Source: a virus (Duplodnaviria > Caudoviricetes). Taken from it: a stretch of 64,000 bases of DNA. This document shows, piece after piece, positions 39,378-48,890 of this stretch (positions are counted from its first letter, which is position 1; every line of letters starts with the position of its first letter). Made by a program: the position numbers and the translations under genes. The notes beneath the pieces were generated by a model. It saw only the letters and a list, made by a program, of their open reading frames with translations. It was not told the origin of the DNA and did not search any database. The stretch lies in IMG/VR virus record IMGVR_UViG_2850738089_000001, positions 5,265-69,264 of that record; one strand, 5' to 3'.

Positions 39378-40298
39378 ATGCAAACTAAAAGTCAGGGTAA
39401 TGTGAAAGTAATCGACGTATCTCATCATCAAGGTTCTATCGCTTGGCCCAAGGTTAAGGCTGACGGTGTTGCAGGTGCGTTTATTAAGGCTACGGAAGGG
39501 AAAACGGGTATTGATTCCAAGTTCTCTTCAAACGCGACAGGAGCCGTTCTCGCGGGTCTGAAAGTGGGATATTACCACTATGCTCGTCCGGAGAATAACA
39601 CAGCCGAGGAAGAAGCAGCTAACTTTGCCAAGACGGTCAAAGGCTTCACGGCAGACTTTCCTCATGTGCTTGACGTAGAAGGGGAAGCGCAGCTTCTAGG
39701 AGTCGCTAAACTGACTGCTTGGTGTGCAACATGGTTGAGGGAAGTCGAACGCCTTACAGGGCATTCAGTGATGATTTATACCGGTGCAAGCTTTGCCAGA
39801 TCATACTTAGGTAAGGACTTAAATAAGTGGCCACTTTGGATTGCTCATTACGGAGCTGCTAAGCCAATGGATAACAGCACCTGGGGTGTATGGTCCGTGT
39901 TTCAGTATGCAGACAACGGCAAGGTAAATGGAATCACCGGCAGCGTAGATATGAACGTGATGGAAAAGGCGTTCTATGATAAATGTACGGTTAAGCTTCC
40001 AATTCCTGAGCCAACACTTACCGATAGTATTAAAGTCATTGTTAATGATAAGTTGGTTGCATATGGACGCGCAATTGAAGGTCATGTCTATTTACCGATC
40101 CGTAAGCTAGGCGAGGCGCTAGGGTATTCAGTAGAATGGAACGCGAGGGACGCAAAGCCGTACATTGATGGCAAGGCCATTCAAGCGTTTCAACTGATTG
40201 AAGGTGTGACATACATCGGAGTTCGGGCTGCAGCTGAGTTGCTTGGTGGCGAGGTATCTTGGAACGGAGGAGTAAAAAAAGTGTTTTTCTACAAATAG
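39378..40298 (+). CDS. Endolysin: GH25 muramidase with copper-amine-oxidase-N-like C-terminal domain
   Basis: IDVSHHQG, IKATEG, LDVE, LWIAHY, VDMN. Confidence 0.92.
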   Translation: MQTKSQGNVKVIDVSHHQGSIAWPKVKADGVAGAFIKATEGKTGIDSKFSSNATGAVLAGLKVGYYHYARPENNTAEEEAANFAKTVKGFTADFPHVLDVEGEAQLLGVAKLTAWCATWLREVERLTGHSVMIYTGASFARSYLGKDLNKWPLWIAHYGAAKPMDNSTWGVWSVFQYADNGKVNGITGSVDMNVMEKAFYDKCTVKLPIPEPTLTDSIKVIVNDKLVAYGRAIEGHVYLPIRKLGEALGYSVEWNARDAKPYIDGKAIQAFQLIEGVTYIGVRAAAELLGGEVSWNGGVKKVFFYK

Positions 40299-40415
40299 AT
40301 TATATGCGGGAAGATTCTTTGAATTTAGTTTTGTGAACTAATCTCTGAACCATACGATATGGTATTGCATTTCCGAGGAAAATGAGAGATTATTACATTA
40401 CGTGATTTAGACGTA

Positions 40416-40892
40416 GTGGCGCGGGCTACCAAGCCCGTGTCTTTTTATGACAAGGAGGAAGTTAAGTTGCCGAGAATGTTTAATTTTATTTATAGTGAAA
40501 GTGTTCAAACTGAGATTACACCCACGGGTCAAAAACCTATTATAATCGGGCCAATGATGAATTTTAAACCTGCTTTCATTCCTGGTAACTTCTCATTTGC
40601 GGTTACTTTTTCAATCAGCGGAGTTACTTTTAATCAGGATCACAAAATACAATATTTATTTTTTGCTCCGGGTGAGAATCAACCTCTAATTGATTCAGGC
40701 GAAATTTTAGTTAATGTTCAAATCTCATCGGACCAAGAACGTCTTCCTGAGTATGCCAGAGGTATACAAATTAACATGGATTTCCGTAATATCATCTTTA
40801 GAAAGGAAGGAGACTATGAATCCGAAATCATGTTTAACGGAGATAGTCTAGGTAGATTCCCAATTCCTGTATACGGAATTGAAGTAATATGA
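40416..40892 (+). CDS. Hypothetical beta-sandwich protein (DUF6941-like); likely start TTG 40467
   Basis: AAGGAGG RBS before TTG; C-terminal F.KEGDY..I.FNG..LG.FPI; AT-rich. Confidence 0.55.
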   Translation: MARATKPVSFYDKEEVKLPRMFNFIYSESVQTEITPTGQKPIIIGPMMNFKPAFIPGNFSFAVTFSISGVTFNQDHKIQYLFFAPGENQPLIDSGEILVNVQISSDQERLPEYARGIQINMDFRNIIFRKEGDYESEIMFNGDSLGRFPIPVYGIEVI

Positions 40893-41920
40893 GGCACACA
40901 ATAGAATTTGTTGGTGAGAATTCTATAAAAATTGTGTTTTCAACATTTGAAACAGAGGACGTTTTTTGTGAATCTGTAGATTCACAGTTAGAAAGAGAGA
41001 TGACCTCAACATCCACAGTAATAAAATCTTTGTTCGTAGTCGGTGCGTTGATGAGCTCCTTGTTTTCCGCAGGAACTGGTGTTCAAGCTAAGCCGGTAAA
41101 TCAGAATGGAGTTTCATCGTTTATTGTACCAACCGGTACTAATCCATCTGAGGGAAGATTTTATTCAATTGGAAATAGGAATAGTGTGAATGGAGATTTA
41201 CGGAGACGAGTTTTGTCTACCGGTGCTGTACAGAATAACACATCTCAATTAAGATCAAGTGAACCTCATACTTTCTTTGAAAATTCTTCTTTTACATATT
41301 CATCAATTGAAAAAATGGTTAAGGATCCTACGAGCACTTTAAATCTTTCTGAACAGGTATCTATCCATATTCAGTCCGCATATGTTAGTCTTAAGAAACC
41401 CGAATTGAATAATCTAAAGTCAAAAGGTGGCTTTCTTATGTCGGATAGAGCTCCAACATATTTTCAACTATACGCAGAAGAGCTAGCAACATCATTAAAA
41501 AACCAACCACTTAAGTTGACATTAAGTGCAATTGGTACTGCTGTTTTAACTTGGTTAGGAGTTCCCTTTGTATCCCTAATAACAGGATTGCTGGTGATTG
41601 CAGTATTAGATTTAATACTAGGGCTTATTCCGGGGAATTCGAAACCAGGTACTGAGAGTGACCAAAAAATTCAAGCGAAATTTATATCCTTTACAACGAA
41701 CTTTCTGGCACTTCTTGCTTTTACTAAAGGCGGAGAATACTTGAAGGAATTTACAGACGGGAATTTCTACGGATTCATTTCTAATAACCTTCACTATTTT
41801 GCTGCCGTCTGGATTTTTTCAATCTATTCTTGGAGACTGGTCGGTTATGTTGCTCGTGCAAATAAAACTAAAATTCCAAAGGCAATTAAAAAATTATTTG
41901 ATAATGATGTAGCCAGTTAG
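40889..41920 (+). CDS. Hypothetical membrane protein (several C-terminal TM helices)
   Basis: Overlaps upstream stop; hydrophobic C-terminal third; AT-rich. Confidence 0.6.
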   Translation: MRHTIEFVGENSIKIVFSTFETEDVFCESVDSQLEREMTSTSTVIKSLFVVGALMSSLFSAGTGVQAKPVNQNGVSSFIVPTGTNPSEGRFYSIGNRNSVNGDLRRRVLSTGAVQNNTSQLRSSEPHTFFENSSFTYSSIEKMVKDPTSTLNLSEQVSIHIQSAYVSLKKPELNNLKSKGGFLMSDRAPTYFQLYAEELATSLKNQPLKLTLSAIGTAVLTWLGVPFVSLITGLLVIAVLDLILGLIPGNSKPGTESDQKIQAKFISFTTNFLALLAFTKGGEYLKEFTDGNFYGFISNNLHYFAAVWIFSIYSWRLVGYVARANKTKIPKAIKKLFDNDVAS

Positions 41921-42087
41921 AAACCTTCATATATTCTTATGAAGGTTTTTTTATTATTAACCTTCACATTTAAAGACGCGACCGCGGTTGAATTAGCTTA
42001 TTTCGCACACGCTTCACGTTTCACTTTCGAAAATAAGACCCCACTGACAAATTCCCAAGCGCTTGGGAATATCAGTGGGGTCTTATT

Positions 42088-42291
42088 TTATTTGAACAAC
42101 TTCCCAATAACTTTGAATATGTCAAACGAAGTCCGGTTGTAAACCTTGTTATAGGCTGCCTTCTTGGGGTTTCTTAGGAAACCATATCCGCGAGGCATCT
42201 TGAGTCCTAGCCGGTGAACGAGTTGGCGCTTAACACTGGTTCGAGCAGCAATTCGTTTTCTGAGACTTGGAGTGCGAAACCCGAATTTCAT
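42088..42291 (-). CDS. Small basic conserved prophage protein
   Basis: MKFG.RTPSL.KRIAARTS...PKKAAYNKVYNRTS pattern familiar from Bacillota prophages. Confidence 0.75.
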   Translation of the reverse strand: MKFGFRTPSLRKRIAARTSVKRQLVHRLGLKMPRGYGFLRNPKKAAYNKVYNRTSFDIFKVIGKLFK

Positions 42292-42334
42292 AGTTTTAAA
42301 TTTCCTCTCAAATTTAGATTCCCTTGAATCTATC

Positions 42335-42703
42335 TTAATTGATCATACCCATTTGACGAAGTCGGTCTTCAATAGTTTTCAATTTTTCTTCTCTCTTTTT
42401 TATAACTATTAATTCCTCGTCTTTTCTATATTCCTCAATCACGCTATTCACATAAGTTAATTTCTTCATTTTCGCTTCCGGTAGTTGTTCATTTGTTGGC
42501 TTGGGTTTGGAATACGCTTTAATGATTTCAGGATTCTCAGATCCCTTTTTTAGCAGTTTAAAAAGAAGGGTTTGGCTATGCTTACCTATTAGCCTAATTC
42601 TATCGATATTATTCCATGAAGTATTCAATACATCCCCAATGCTTGTGTATCCATACCTCATCGTAAAGGGAAACTGACACAGCGTCGTATAGCAGTAAGA
42701 CAA
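42335..42703 (-). CDS. Hypothetical protein (start uncertain)
   Basis: ORF co-oriented with 42088-42291. Confidence 0.4.
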   Translation of the reverse strand: MSYCYTTLCQFPFTMRYGYTSIGDVLNTSWNNIDRIRLIGKHSQTLLFKLLKKGSENPEIIKAYSKPKPTNEQLPEAKMKKLTYVNSVIEEYRKDEELIVIKKREEKLKTIEDRLRQMGMIN

Positions 42704-42821
42704 GTTACAGGTGGGCGCGTTAAAGCGTTTTGCCAGGAAGCAAAGGCGCTGCGGTTATTTTCTATTGAGAATATATTAGCGGTATTACCGATTAAACAAT
42801 ATGCGTAAAGGCGGATGAGCA

Positions 42822-43064
42822 ATGAAGTTGACAGAGAAAAATAAAGAAGTGGGAATAGCGATCCAGAAATTCATGTCCAAACATGGCCAAGCACCGACAG
42901 TGCGTGAGATAGGTAAAATGCTAAGAATTAACGTAGGTCCTGTCTATGTTCACCTGACTAGGCTTAAAGAGATGGACATTATTGAGTGGGATCCTGAGCA
43001 GTCCAGAACATTTAGGATACTGCAACCTGAACAATTAGTACTTGCGCCACCTATGGAATTCTAA
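42822..43064 (+). CDS. LexA DNA-binding-domain-only protein
   Basis: LTEK..IQKF..HGQAPTVREIG..VYVHLTRLK..SRT; no peptidase domain. Confidence 0.8.
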   Translation: MKLTEKNKEVGIAIQKFMSKHGQAPTVREIGKMLRINVGPVYVHLTRLKEMDIIEWDPEQSRTFRILQPEQLVLAPPMEF

Positions 43065-43117
43065 TTTTTCTATAAATGGTGAACTCTAACCCTGAACAGG
43101 TTAGAGCTTTTTCTTTT

Positions 43118-43149
43118 GCCCACAAAAGCGCCCACAAAACGCCCACAAA
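43118..43149. repeat. Three GCCCACAAA direct repeats, putative integrase arm-type sites
   Basis: Copies at 43118, 43130, 43141, about 100 bp from the att core. Confidence 0.6.
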
Positions 43150-43254
43150 CTTTTAAAAAGAAATGAAATGATATGAAAAGGCGATAATGAAAAGTCAGCA
43201 TTTTAGGCATATATAATGAAGAAAAAAAAGCGTTTGAAAGCCACAAACTTAAAC

Positions 43255-43305
43255 CGTACACAAGTTCACCAATGGGAACGTGATCAGTACTTGACGTTGT
43301 TCTAA
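43255..43305 (+). other. glnA: attR region: displaced 3' end of glutamine synthetase gene
   Basis: Translates RTQVHQWERDQYLTLF*, matching the Bacillales GlnA C-terminus; no upstream glnA sequence; strong terminator follows. Confidence 0.8.
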
Positions 43306-43310
43306 ACGAG

Positions 43311-43348
43311 GAATCCCATGACGCTTGAGCGTCATGGGATTCTTTTTT
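43311..43348 (+). terminator. Original glnA terminator
   Basis: Perfect stem GAATCCCATGACGC/GCGTCATGGGATTC plus T6. Confidence 0.85.
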
Positions 43349-43379
43349 GAGTGGGATGAGGATGTCTCTTACTGATCGA

Positions 43380-43391
43380 GAACGTATGTTC
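43380..43391. promoter_or_regulatory. LexA (Cheo/SOS) box
   Basis: GAAC-GTAT-GTTC matches Gram-positive GAAC-N4-GTTC. Confidence 0.75.
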
Positions 43392-43437
43392 TAAATAATC
43401 GCATGGAAAGCCTTCACGCTGCGGTGAAAGCGCAAGT

Positions 43438-43899
43438 TTAGAAGGATATGAATGATTGCTCGTCCCACCAAAAACCTTTTCTTGCAGGAGGGGTTTTAAG
43501 GTGGGCAACTTCTAGCGGAACGCCGCAAATCGCTGATGCTGAATCGAGTGTGTGCTCGAGTAATAATTCATCAGGTATCAGCAATTCGGCTGCAAATTGA
43601 TTAGCCTCGCGCTCGATGCGATCAACACTTACAAGCGTATGCTGTCGAAGGAAAGGTGTATTTACTTTTGGATGCAGCATGGCGTGTCCAAGCTCATGCG
43701 CGCATGTGAATCGCTGTTTTGCATCGTCGAGTCCGTCATTTACATGGATGAAACGACTACGTTTATATGAATTGTAATAGCCATAGATATCCGCTAGGTA
43801 TTCGTTAATAACAATGATGTTTAGTCTGGATGCAAGGTCAAAGGGATCACTTGTACCGTATTTACGAACAAGCTTTCTGACCGTCTGTTTAATACGCAT
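43438..43899 (-). CDS. immA: ImmA/IrrE family metallopeptidase (anti-repressor)
   Basis: FTCAHELGH, EREANQFAAELL. Confidence 0.92.
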   Translation of the reverse strand: MRIKQTVRKLVRKYGTSDPFDLASRLNIIVINEYLADIYGYYNSYKRSRFIHVNDGLDDAKQRFTCAHELGHAMLHPKVNTPFLRQHTLVSVDRIEREANQFAAELLIPDELLLEHTLDSASAICGVPLEVAHLKTPPARKGFWWDEQSFISF

Positions 43900-43917
43900 C
43901 CGATACCCCCACGATGT

Positions 43918-44427
43918 TTATTTTTTATATTTGTTTGGCGTGTACTTTTGTTTTGCAAACTGCTTTGCTAGTTTCATGGAGCTCTCTAGAGAAATACGGA
44001 GGGCTTCTTTTGTTTCTTCATTGATTGGCTCACCATGAAAGGCGAGCGCTTCGTTTGAGTCGAGATCAGACATAATACGCTCCAAATCAAGTGCGATATC
44101 CCGTTCTTCTTTTTTGGATAAAGCGTTTTGTAAATTGTTATCCATATCATCCAAAATACTTTCATCTGTATTTCCATCAGTATCGTGGTCATTATTTAAA
44201 AGTAAGTGATCTGAATGATGGGGCAGACCAAGTAGGATCTCTAATGTTACATCAAATATCTTTGCAAGCTGCAATGCTTTATCGGCACTTAGATTTTTCT
44301 TTCCTCGCTCGATATCGTAATAGTACTGTGGAGAGATCCCTAGTTTTGTAGCAACTTCCACTCCGCTCATCTTCCTCATTTTTCTTGTACCTCTAATACG
44401 ATAGGCTTGCGAATCCAATTTGAACAA
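43918..44427 (-). CDS. immR: XRE-family repressor (ImmR-like)
   Basis: N-terminal HTH VATKLGISPQYYYDIERG; C-terminal KYTPNKY; adjacent to immA. Confidence 0.88.
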   Translation of the reverse strand: MFKLDSQAYRIRGTRKMRKMSGVEVATKLGISPQYYYDIERGKKNLSADKALQLAKIFDVTLEILLGLPHHSDHLLLNNDHDTDGNTDESILDDMDNNLQNALSKKEERDIALDLERIMSDLDSNEALAFHGEPINEETKEALRISLESSMKLAKQFAKQKYTPNKYKK

Positions 44428-44531
44428 CTCCTAACGATTAATGTTGATGATAATATATCATCTAATGGCTTAAAAAACAATAATCAATTCACGCCATTCA
44501 AGAGCGATTTTAAGCTATAAAGCGCATTTCG

Positions 44532-44622
44532 GTTAAACTATTAGATTAATGCTTGTTAATGCTTCTATTTTAATCAAATTGATTAAATATGACATTTGTT
44601 ATAGTTAAACTAATAGATTAAT
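44532..44622. promoter_or_regulatory. Repressor operators TTAA-N9-TTAA in divergent switch region
   Basis: GTTAAACTATTAGATTAAT (44532), palindrome TTAATCAAATTGATTAA (44570), GTTAAACTAATAGATTAAT (44604). Confidence 0.65.
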
Positions 44623-44646
44623 ATTTTAACAGGAGGTGACAGTTCA

Positions 44647-44850
44647 ATGAGCTTCTCAAAAATGGTCCAAGGAGCTTTGGCTAACAGAGTAATGATCCCT
44701 TCAGAAGTGGCCAGACATAAAGGTTATTCACCACAATATATCCAGTATCTAATTAAAATTGCTCGCACTTCCACTCAAGTCAGTTGGGGCAGCATACTCG
44801 TTCATTTATTCGTTCATTTATTCGTTCAGTTTCATCTCACATTTAAATAG
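44647..44850 (+). CDS. Cro-like HTH protein, C-terminus probably degenerate
   Basis: SEVARHKGYSPQYIQYLIK; AGGAGGTG RBS; 12-bp tandem repeat near 3' end. Confidence 0.6.
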   Translation: MSFSKMVQGALANRVMIPSEVARHKGYSPQYIQYLIKIARTSTQVSWGSILVHLFVHLFVQFHLTFK

Positions 44851-44862
44851 GAGGTTTCATCA

Positions 44863-45174
44863 ATGTCTGTTCAAATTCAAATTAACGGAGAAAACGCTGC
44901 AGAAGCAGCCAAAGAGCTAATCATCCTTGCTTCTTATTTCACAGGTAGTTTGGCTCCTAATTTTGCTCCTTCATCTGGAGAAGCTGCTTTTAAGGATGAT
45001 CGGATTCCAACGGTTGAGGAACTTCGGGCGAAAGCTACTGAGATTGTTAAGGCTGGTCATCAAGCTGAGGTTAAGTCACTAATGAATGGTTTTACTGTTA
45101 GCGCGATTCCAGAAGATCAAAGAGCTGGTTTCCTAGCTGCGCTTGAGAACTTGGGTGGCTGTCCACGGGGATGA
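44863..45174 (+). CDS. Phage protein of the type that usually precedes DUF2800/DUF2815
   Basis: PTVEELRAKA...EVKSL...VSAIPEDQ. Confidence 0.6.
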   Translation: MSVQIQINGENAAEAAKELIILASYFTGSLAPNFAPSSGEAAFKDDRIPTVEELRAKATEIVKAGHQAEVKSLMNGFTVSAIPEDQRAGFLAALENLGGCPRG

Positions 45175-45274
45175 ATGCAGTCTGAATGTTGGTACTCAAA
45201 ACTGATGTTTGAACAACCATTCGATGAACATTTGCTGCAAGTTGAAGTGCACCACGAAAGGAGGAGTGGGCCGC

Positions 45275-47716
45275 ATGCATGAGATCGATCTAGCCATTTC
45301 CTTTGGTCAAAACCGCAGTGAAACGAACTGGAAAAATGAATATCTCAGCTGGAGTGAATTGGTCGATCGACTGCGGGTCGTGCGGCGTACTGCAGAGACG
45401 ATGGCCGAATACGACGAGCTTTCGGTCGCTGATAAAGGTAAAGTCAAGGACGGCCCCGCTTTTGTTGGCGGTCTTGTCCAGGACGGTCGCCGGAAGAAAG
45501 AGAATGTCGACTCTCGCAGCCTAATTACATTAGATGCCGACCATGCAGACGAAAATTTCTTGTTTATGGTGGATCTGGTTCTCGGGGGAAACGCACATAT
45601 CATCTATACCACTCATAGTCATCGAAATGACAAGCCGAAATATCGAATTGTAGCGCCTTCCAATCGGGAGATGTCACCGGACGAATACGCAGCTGCTTCC
45701 AGGAAGCTTGCTGCTAATATTGGTATGGATTATATCGACAAGACTACGTTTGATATTCATCGGCTGATGTACCTGCCAAGTTGTTCAGCTGACGCTAAGC
45801 CACAATTCATAGAGGTAGAGGGTGATCCGGTCAATATTGAGACTGTCTTAGGAGAATATGAGGATTGGAGAGATCGATCGCAATGGGCACAGCATTCAGG
45901 AGAAAAGGTGCAATGGTTTACTGCTGAGAAAATCAACGGGCTGAGTGCAAAGTACGGCGTTAACGGCTCGAAGATGACTGATCCAGTGGAAGAGTACGGC
46001 GTTAACGGCTCGAAGATGGCCGATCCAAGAGCAAAGCACGGTGTAATCGGCGCTTTTTGCCGGCAGTACAGCATAAGCGAAGCAATCGCAACCTTTCTAT
46101 TTGACGAGTATGAGCCGACGACCTACAAGGATAGATACACATTTACGGGTTCTTCTTCTTTTGACGGGCTTGTCGTATACGACAATGATACATTCGCTTA
46201 TAGCCATCATGAGTCTGACCCAATAAGTGGGATCGGGGTGAATGCATTTGATCTCGTGCGACTGCACAAGTTTAAAGATCTCGATGACAACATTCCAGAC
46301 AGCATGAATATGACAGAGCTGCCGTCTTACTTGGCCATGATTGATTTTGGAAGGCGAGATCCAGCGGTAATGCGGGAAATGGCTGAGGGAGAAATCAGCG
46401 ATGACATCATGAATAAGGATTTTGATTGGATGGACAAGCTGCTGCGAAACAAGAAAGATCTCAATATCGTTCTACCCAATGCCTCTAATATAGAGCTGAT
46501 TTTAACAAATGGTGCGTTTGACGGTGTGCTTGCTTACGATGCATTCAAGAATTCAGAGGTTATTCGTGGATCACTGCCATGGCGGCAGCGTGAGCGGGCT
46601 CAGTTGGAATATGAACCATGGCTAGGAGCGGATGATCGTCGTTTGCAGCATTATTTTGCCAAGACCTATAATATTAAGTCTTCGGAAACGATTAAAAATG
46701 CACTTACTGAAGTCATCCATCATAACAGCTTTCATCCAGTTAAAGCTTATCTGGAGGAACAGCGATGGGATGGCTGTGCACGATTGGAGATGATTTTTAT
46801 AGAATACTTAGGTGCAGAAGATACGCCATACGTTAGAGCGGTAACACGAAAGATGTTCGTCGCTGCAATAAAGCGTATCTATGAGCCGGGTTGTAAATTT
46901 GACAATATGCTTGTCCTCGTTGGGCCGCAGGGTGCAGGTAAGAGCAGCTTGCTCGCCAAGATGGGAAGGCAATGGTTCTCAGATTCTCTCAAGACATTTG
47001 ATAGTAAGGAGGCGGGAGAACATCTACAAGGGGCATGGATTATTGAGGTTGGGGAGTTAGCTGCGATGAAGAAAGCCGAGGTAGAGGAGATCAAACAGTT
47101 TCTGTCTAAGCAGAGTGATCGTTACCGTGTAGCCTATGATCGTATGGTAACAGACTTCCCGCGTAAGTGTGTGTTCTTTGGGACTACCAATAATAGCAGC
47201 TTCCTTCAAGATACAACGGGTAATCGAAGGTTCTGGCCTGTCGTCGTTGATCCGAATAAACGCTGTAAGAATCATTTTAATGAACTCACAGATGAAGGAG
47301 TTAGCAAGTTATGGGCCGAGGCATTGCAGCTTTATTTGAGCGGAGAACCGTTAGAGCTAGATGCAGGTGTATATGCAGATGCTCAAAAGGTGCAGGAGAG
47401 GCATATGGACAGCGATCCTAGAGAGGGCTTGATCATGGAGTACCTGGAGACGGATCTTCCAGAGAAATGGGATGAGATGGACGAATATGAGCGGCGGGAG
47501 TATTTGAAAACACCAACGGGTGTAATCAAAAGAAGCCGAGTCTGTGCTGCGGAGATATGGGTAGAGTGTTTGGGTTCACCACTTAAACTGTTAAAGCCTT
47601 GGGAAGCCAAATCGATTTGTGATATTATCCGAAGAATCCCTAGCTGGAGAGAACGTAACCCGGATAAGACACGATTTAAAATATATGGGCAGCAGAAAAC
47701 TTTTGAGAGGGTGTAA
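45275..47716 (+). CDS. Primase-helicase, VapE family (paralog of 7450-9819)
   Basis: LDAD, TTHSH, GPQGAGKS, IIEVGEL, DTTGNRRFWP; uninterrupted; ATG after AGGAGG. Confidence 0.92.
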   Translation: MHEIDLAISFGQNRSETNWKNEYLSWSELVDRLRVVRRTAETMAEYDELSVADKGKVKDGPAFVGGLVQDGRRKKENVDSRSLITLDADHADENFLFMVDLVLGGNAHIIYTTHSHRNDKPKYRIVAPSNREMSPDEYAAASRKLAANIGMDYIDKTTFDIHRLMYLPSCSADAKPQFIEVEGDPVNIETVLGEYEDWRDRSQWAQHSGEKVQWFTAEKINGLSAKYGVNGSKMTDPVEEYGVNGSKMADPRAKHGVIGAFCRQYSISEAIATFLFDEYEPTTYKDRYTFTGSSSFDGLVVYDNDTFAYSHHESDPISGIGVNAFDLVRLHKFKDLDDNIPDSMNMTELPSYLAMIDFGRRDPAVMREMAEGEISDDIMNKDFDWMDKLLRNKKDLNIVLPNASNIELILTNGAFDGVLAYDAFKNSEVIRGSLPWRQRERAQLEYEPWLGADDRRLQHYFAKTYNIKSSETIKNALTEVIHHNSFHPVKAYLEEQRWDGCARLEMIFIEYLGAEDTPYVRAVTRKMFVAAIKRIYEPGCKFDNMLVLVGPQGAGKSSLLAKMGRQWFSDSLKTFDSKEAGEHLQGAWIIEVGELAAMKKAEVEEIKQFLSKQSDRYRVAYDRMVTDFPRKCVFFGTTNNSSFLQDTTGNRRFWPVVVDPNKRCKNHFNELTDEGVSKLWAEALQLYLSGEPLELDAGVYADAQKVQERHMDSDPREGLIMEYLETDLPEKWDEMDEYERREYLKTPTGVIKRSRVCAAEIWVECLGSPLKLLKPWEAKSICDIIRRIPSWRERNPDKTRFKIYGQQKTFERV

Positions 47717-47922
47717 CTGTGAATGCGATAAACGATTACAGTTACGGTTACACCTTGAAGGCCAGTATGGTAGGCTGTTCAACTCATCCGTGTCCTGTGT
47801 AACTGTTTCTATTATAAATAAAGAAAAAGAACTACTTTACATAGAGTCTACACACAAGCAGCTAATTAATCCCATTAGAGGTCATTATTCTGAACCGCAC
47901 ATGTAACAGATACACAGTTACA
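47712..47922. repeat. Putative origin with TGTAAC/GTTACA iterons
   Basis: Copies at 47712, 47741 (variant), 47747, 47798, 47902, 47917 flanking an AT-rich core. Confidence 0.65.
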
Positions 47923-48026
47923 CATGATCTTGCGAGTCCGTAGAGCTAATCCCACAATAGAAAGGTGAAAATTATATGAATCCTGCTAAACATGAAGCAC
48001 GTGTAGAAACGAAAGAGGGCCAAGAG

Positions 48027-48647
48027 ATGAACGAACAAGATGTCATTCATCAGCTAACCAGCTACAAACGGATCATTGCGCGAATAAAGCTTCTCGAGAA
48101 TTATTCCATTGGCAATGGGATAACTGTGAGTCGATTAAATCAAGACGATCACCTCCAAGAGCTTCACCGCAAACTTAAAGGAATGCCTTCCTATATGTAT
48201 CTGAGTAAGCGAGAACAGCGTTTGGAGACTACGGCTCATGCCTATTTGACGCAATACCCGGCCGGAGTCAAAGCTCAACTGGCAGCTATTCCTCACCATG
48301 CCGATGATCAAGAAGATGAGAAGCTGTTACGTGAATTAAGACAGAAGGTTGAGAAGGTTGTAGAAGCTAGAACAGGAGATAAAGATAACTTCAATGCTGT
48401 TATTGAACGGATCAGTGAGCTGCAGGATTTAGAGCGAAAAAGGGAATATTATGAATATGCATTTGAGGTGCTGGACGGGTATAAATCGGGCTATGGTAGA
48501 ATGCTTCAGAAAGAATATGGGGAGGGAGCGAAGCCAGCAGATATTATTCAAGAGTTCGGGTATACATTAACAACCTATTATCGTCATCGGCGTGCTGCGT
48601 TAGCTGAATACTGCCTGCTCACTAGAGGACTTGGGATCGATAAGTGA
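48027..48647 (+). CDS. Late-gene transcriptional activator (intact paralog); ORF can extend to 47976
   Basis: Collinear with 11989-12601; divergent C-terminal HTH. Confidence 0.8.
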   Translation: MNEQDVIHQLTSYKRIIARIKLLENYSIGNGITVSRLNQDDHLQELHRKLKGMPSYMYLSKREQRLETTAHAYLTQYPAGVKAQLAAIPHHADDQEDEKLLRELRQKVEKVVEARTGDKDNFNAVIERISELQDLERKREYYEYAFEVLDGYKSGYGRMLQKEYGEGAKPADIIQEFGYTLTTYYRHRRAALAEYCLLTRGLGIDK

Positions 48648-48730
48648 TAAATAAATGATAAAAAGACGGTAATAAATTGATAGCAAAAAGGTTAACAAAT
48701 CCCTGTTTTTATGTGCTATTATGTTAGTAT
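48645..48730 (+). promoter_or_regulatory. Late promoter: TGATAA-type repeats at 11-bp period plus TGcTATTAT
   Basis: Repeats at 48645, 48656, 48667, 48678; TATTATGTTAGTAT at 48717. Confidence 0.7.
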
Positions 48731-48763
48731 AGCAATAATAAATAAGAGCCGAAAACGCTTAGT

Positions 48764-48791
48764 AAAGCCGTCCATTGTTGGGCGGCTTTTT
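48764..48791 (+). terminator. Leader terminator/attenuator
   Basis: AAAGCCGTCCA-ttgt-TGGGCGGCTTTTT. Confidence 0.75.
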
Positions 48792-48856
48792 GTATGTGCT
48801 TTGGGGATTTTCAACGTTTGCATAAGAGCTAAAGAGTTTTAATAAAACATCGTTCG

Positions 48857-48888
48857 AGCACTCTCAACTTAAGAGAGTGCTTTTTTTT
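48857..48888 (+). terminator. Terminator homologous to 18567
   Basis: AGCACTCTC...GAGAGTGC-T8. Confidence 0.75.
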
Positions 48889-48890
48889 GC

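Larger units (their letters stand above)
1..43305 (+). mobile_element. Temperate prophage, contractile-tailed (PBSX/Xkd-type tail, SPP1-type portal); left end lies outside the window
   Basis: Ordered replication, packaging, head, tail and lysis modules on + strand, ending at arm-like repeats and a glnA 3' fragment. Confidence 0.93.

Noticed and set aside
43118-43149. Possible CRISPR array
   Set aside because: Repeats are 9 bp with 2-3 bp gaps; no spacers or cas genes
43200-43350. tRNA or tmRNA at the attachment site
   Set aside because: No cloverleaf or T-loop consensus seen; sequence instead translates as the GlnA C-terminus
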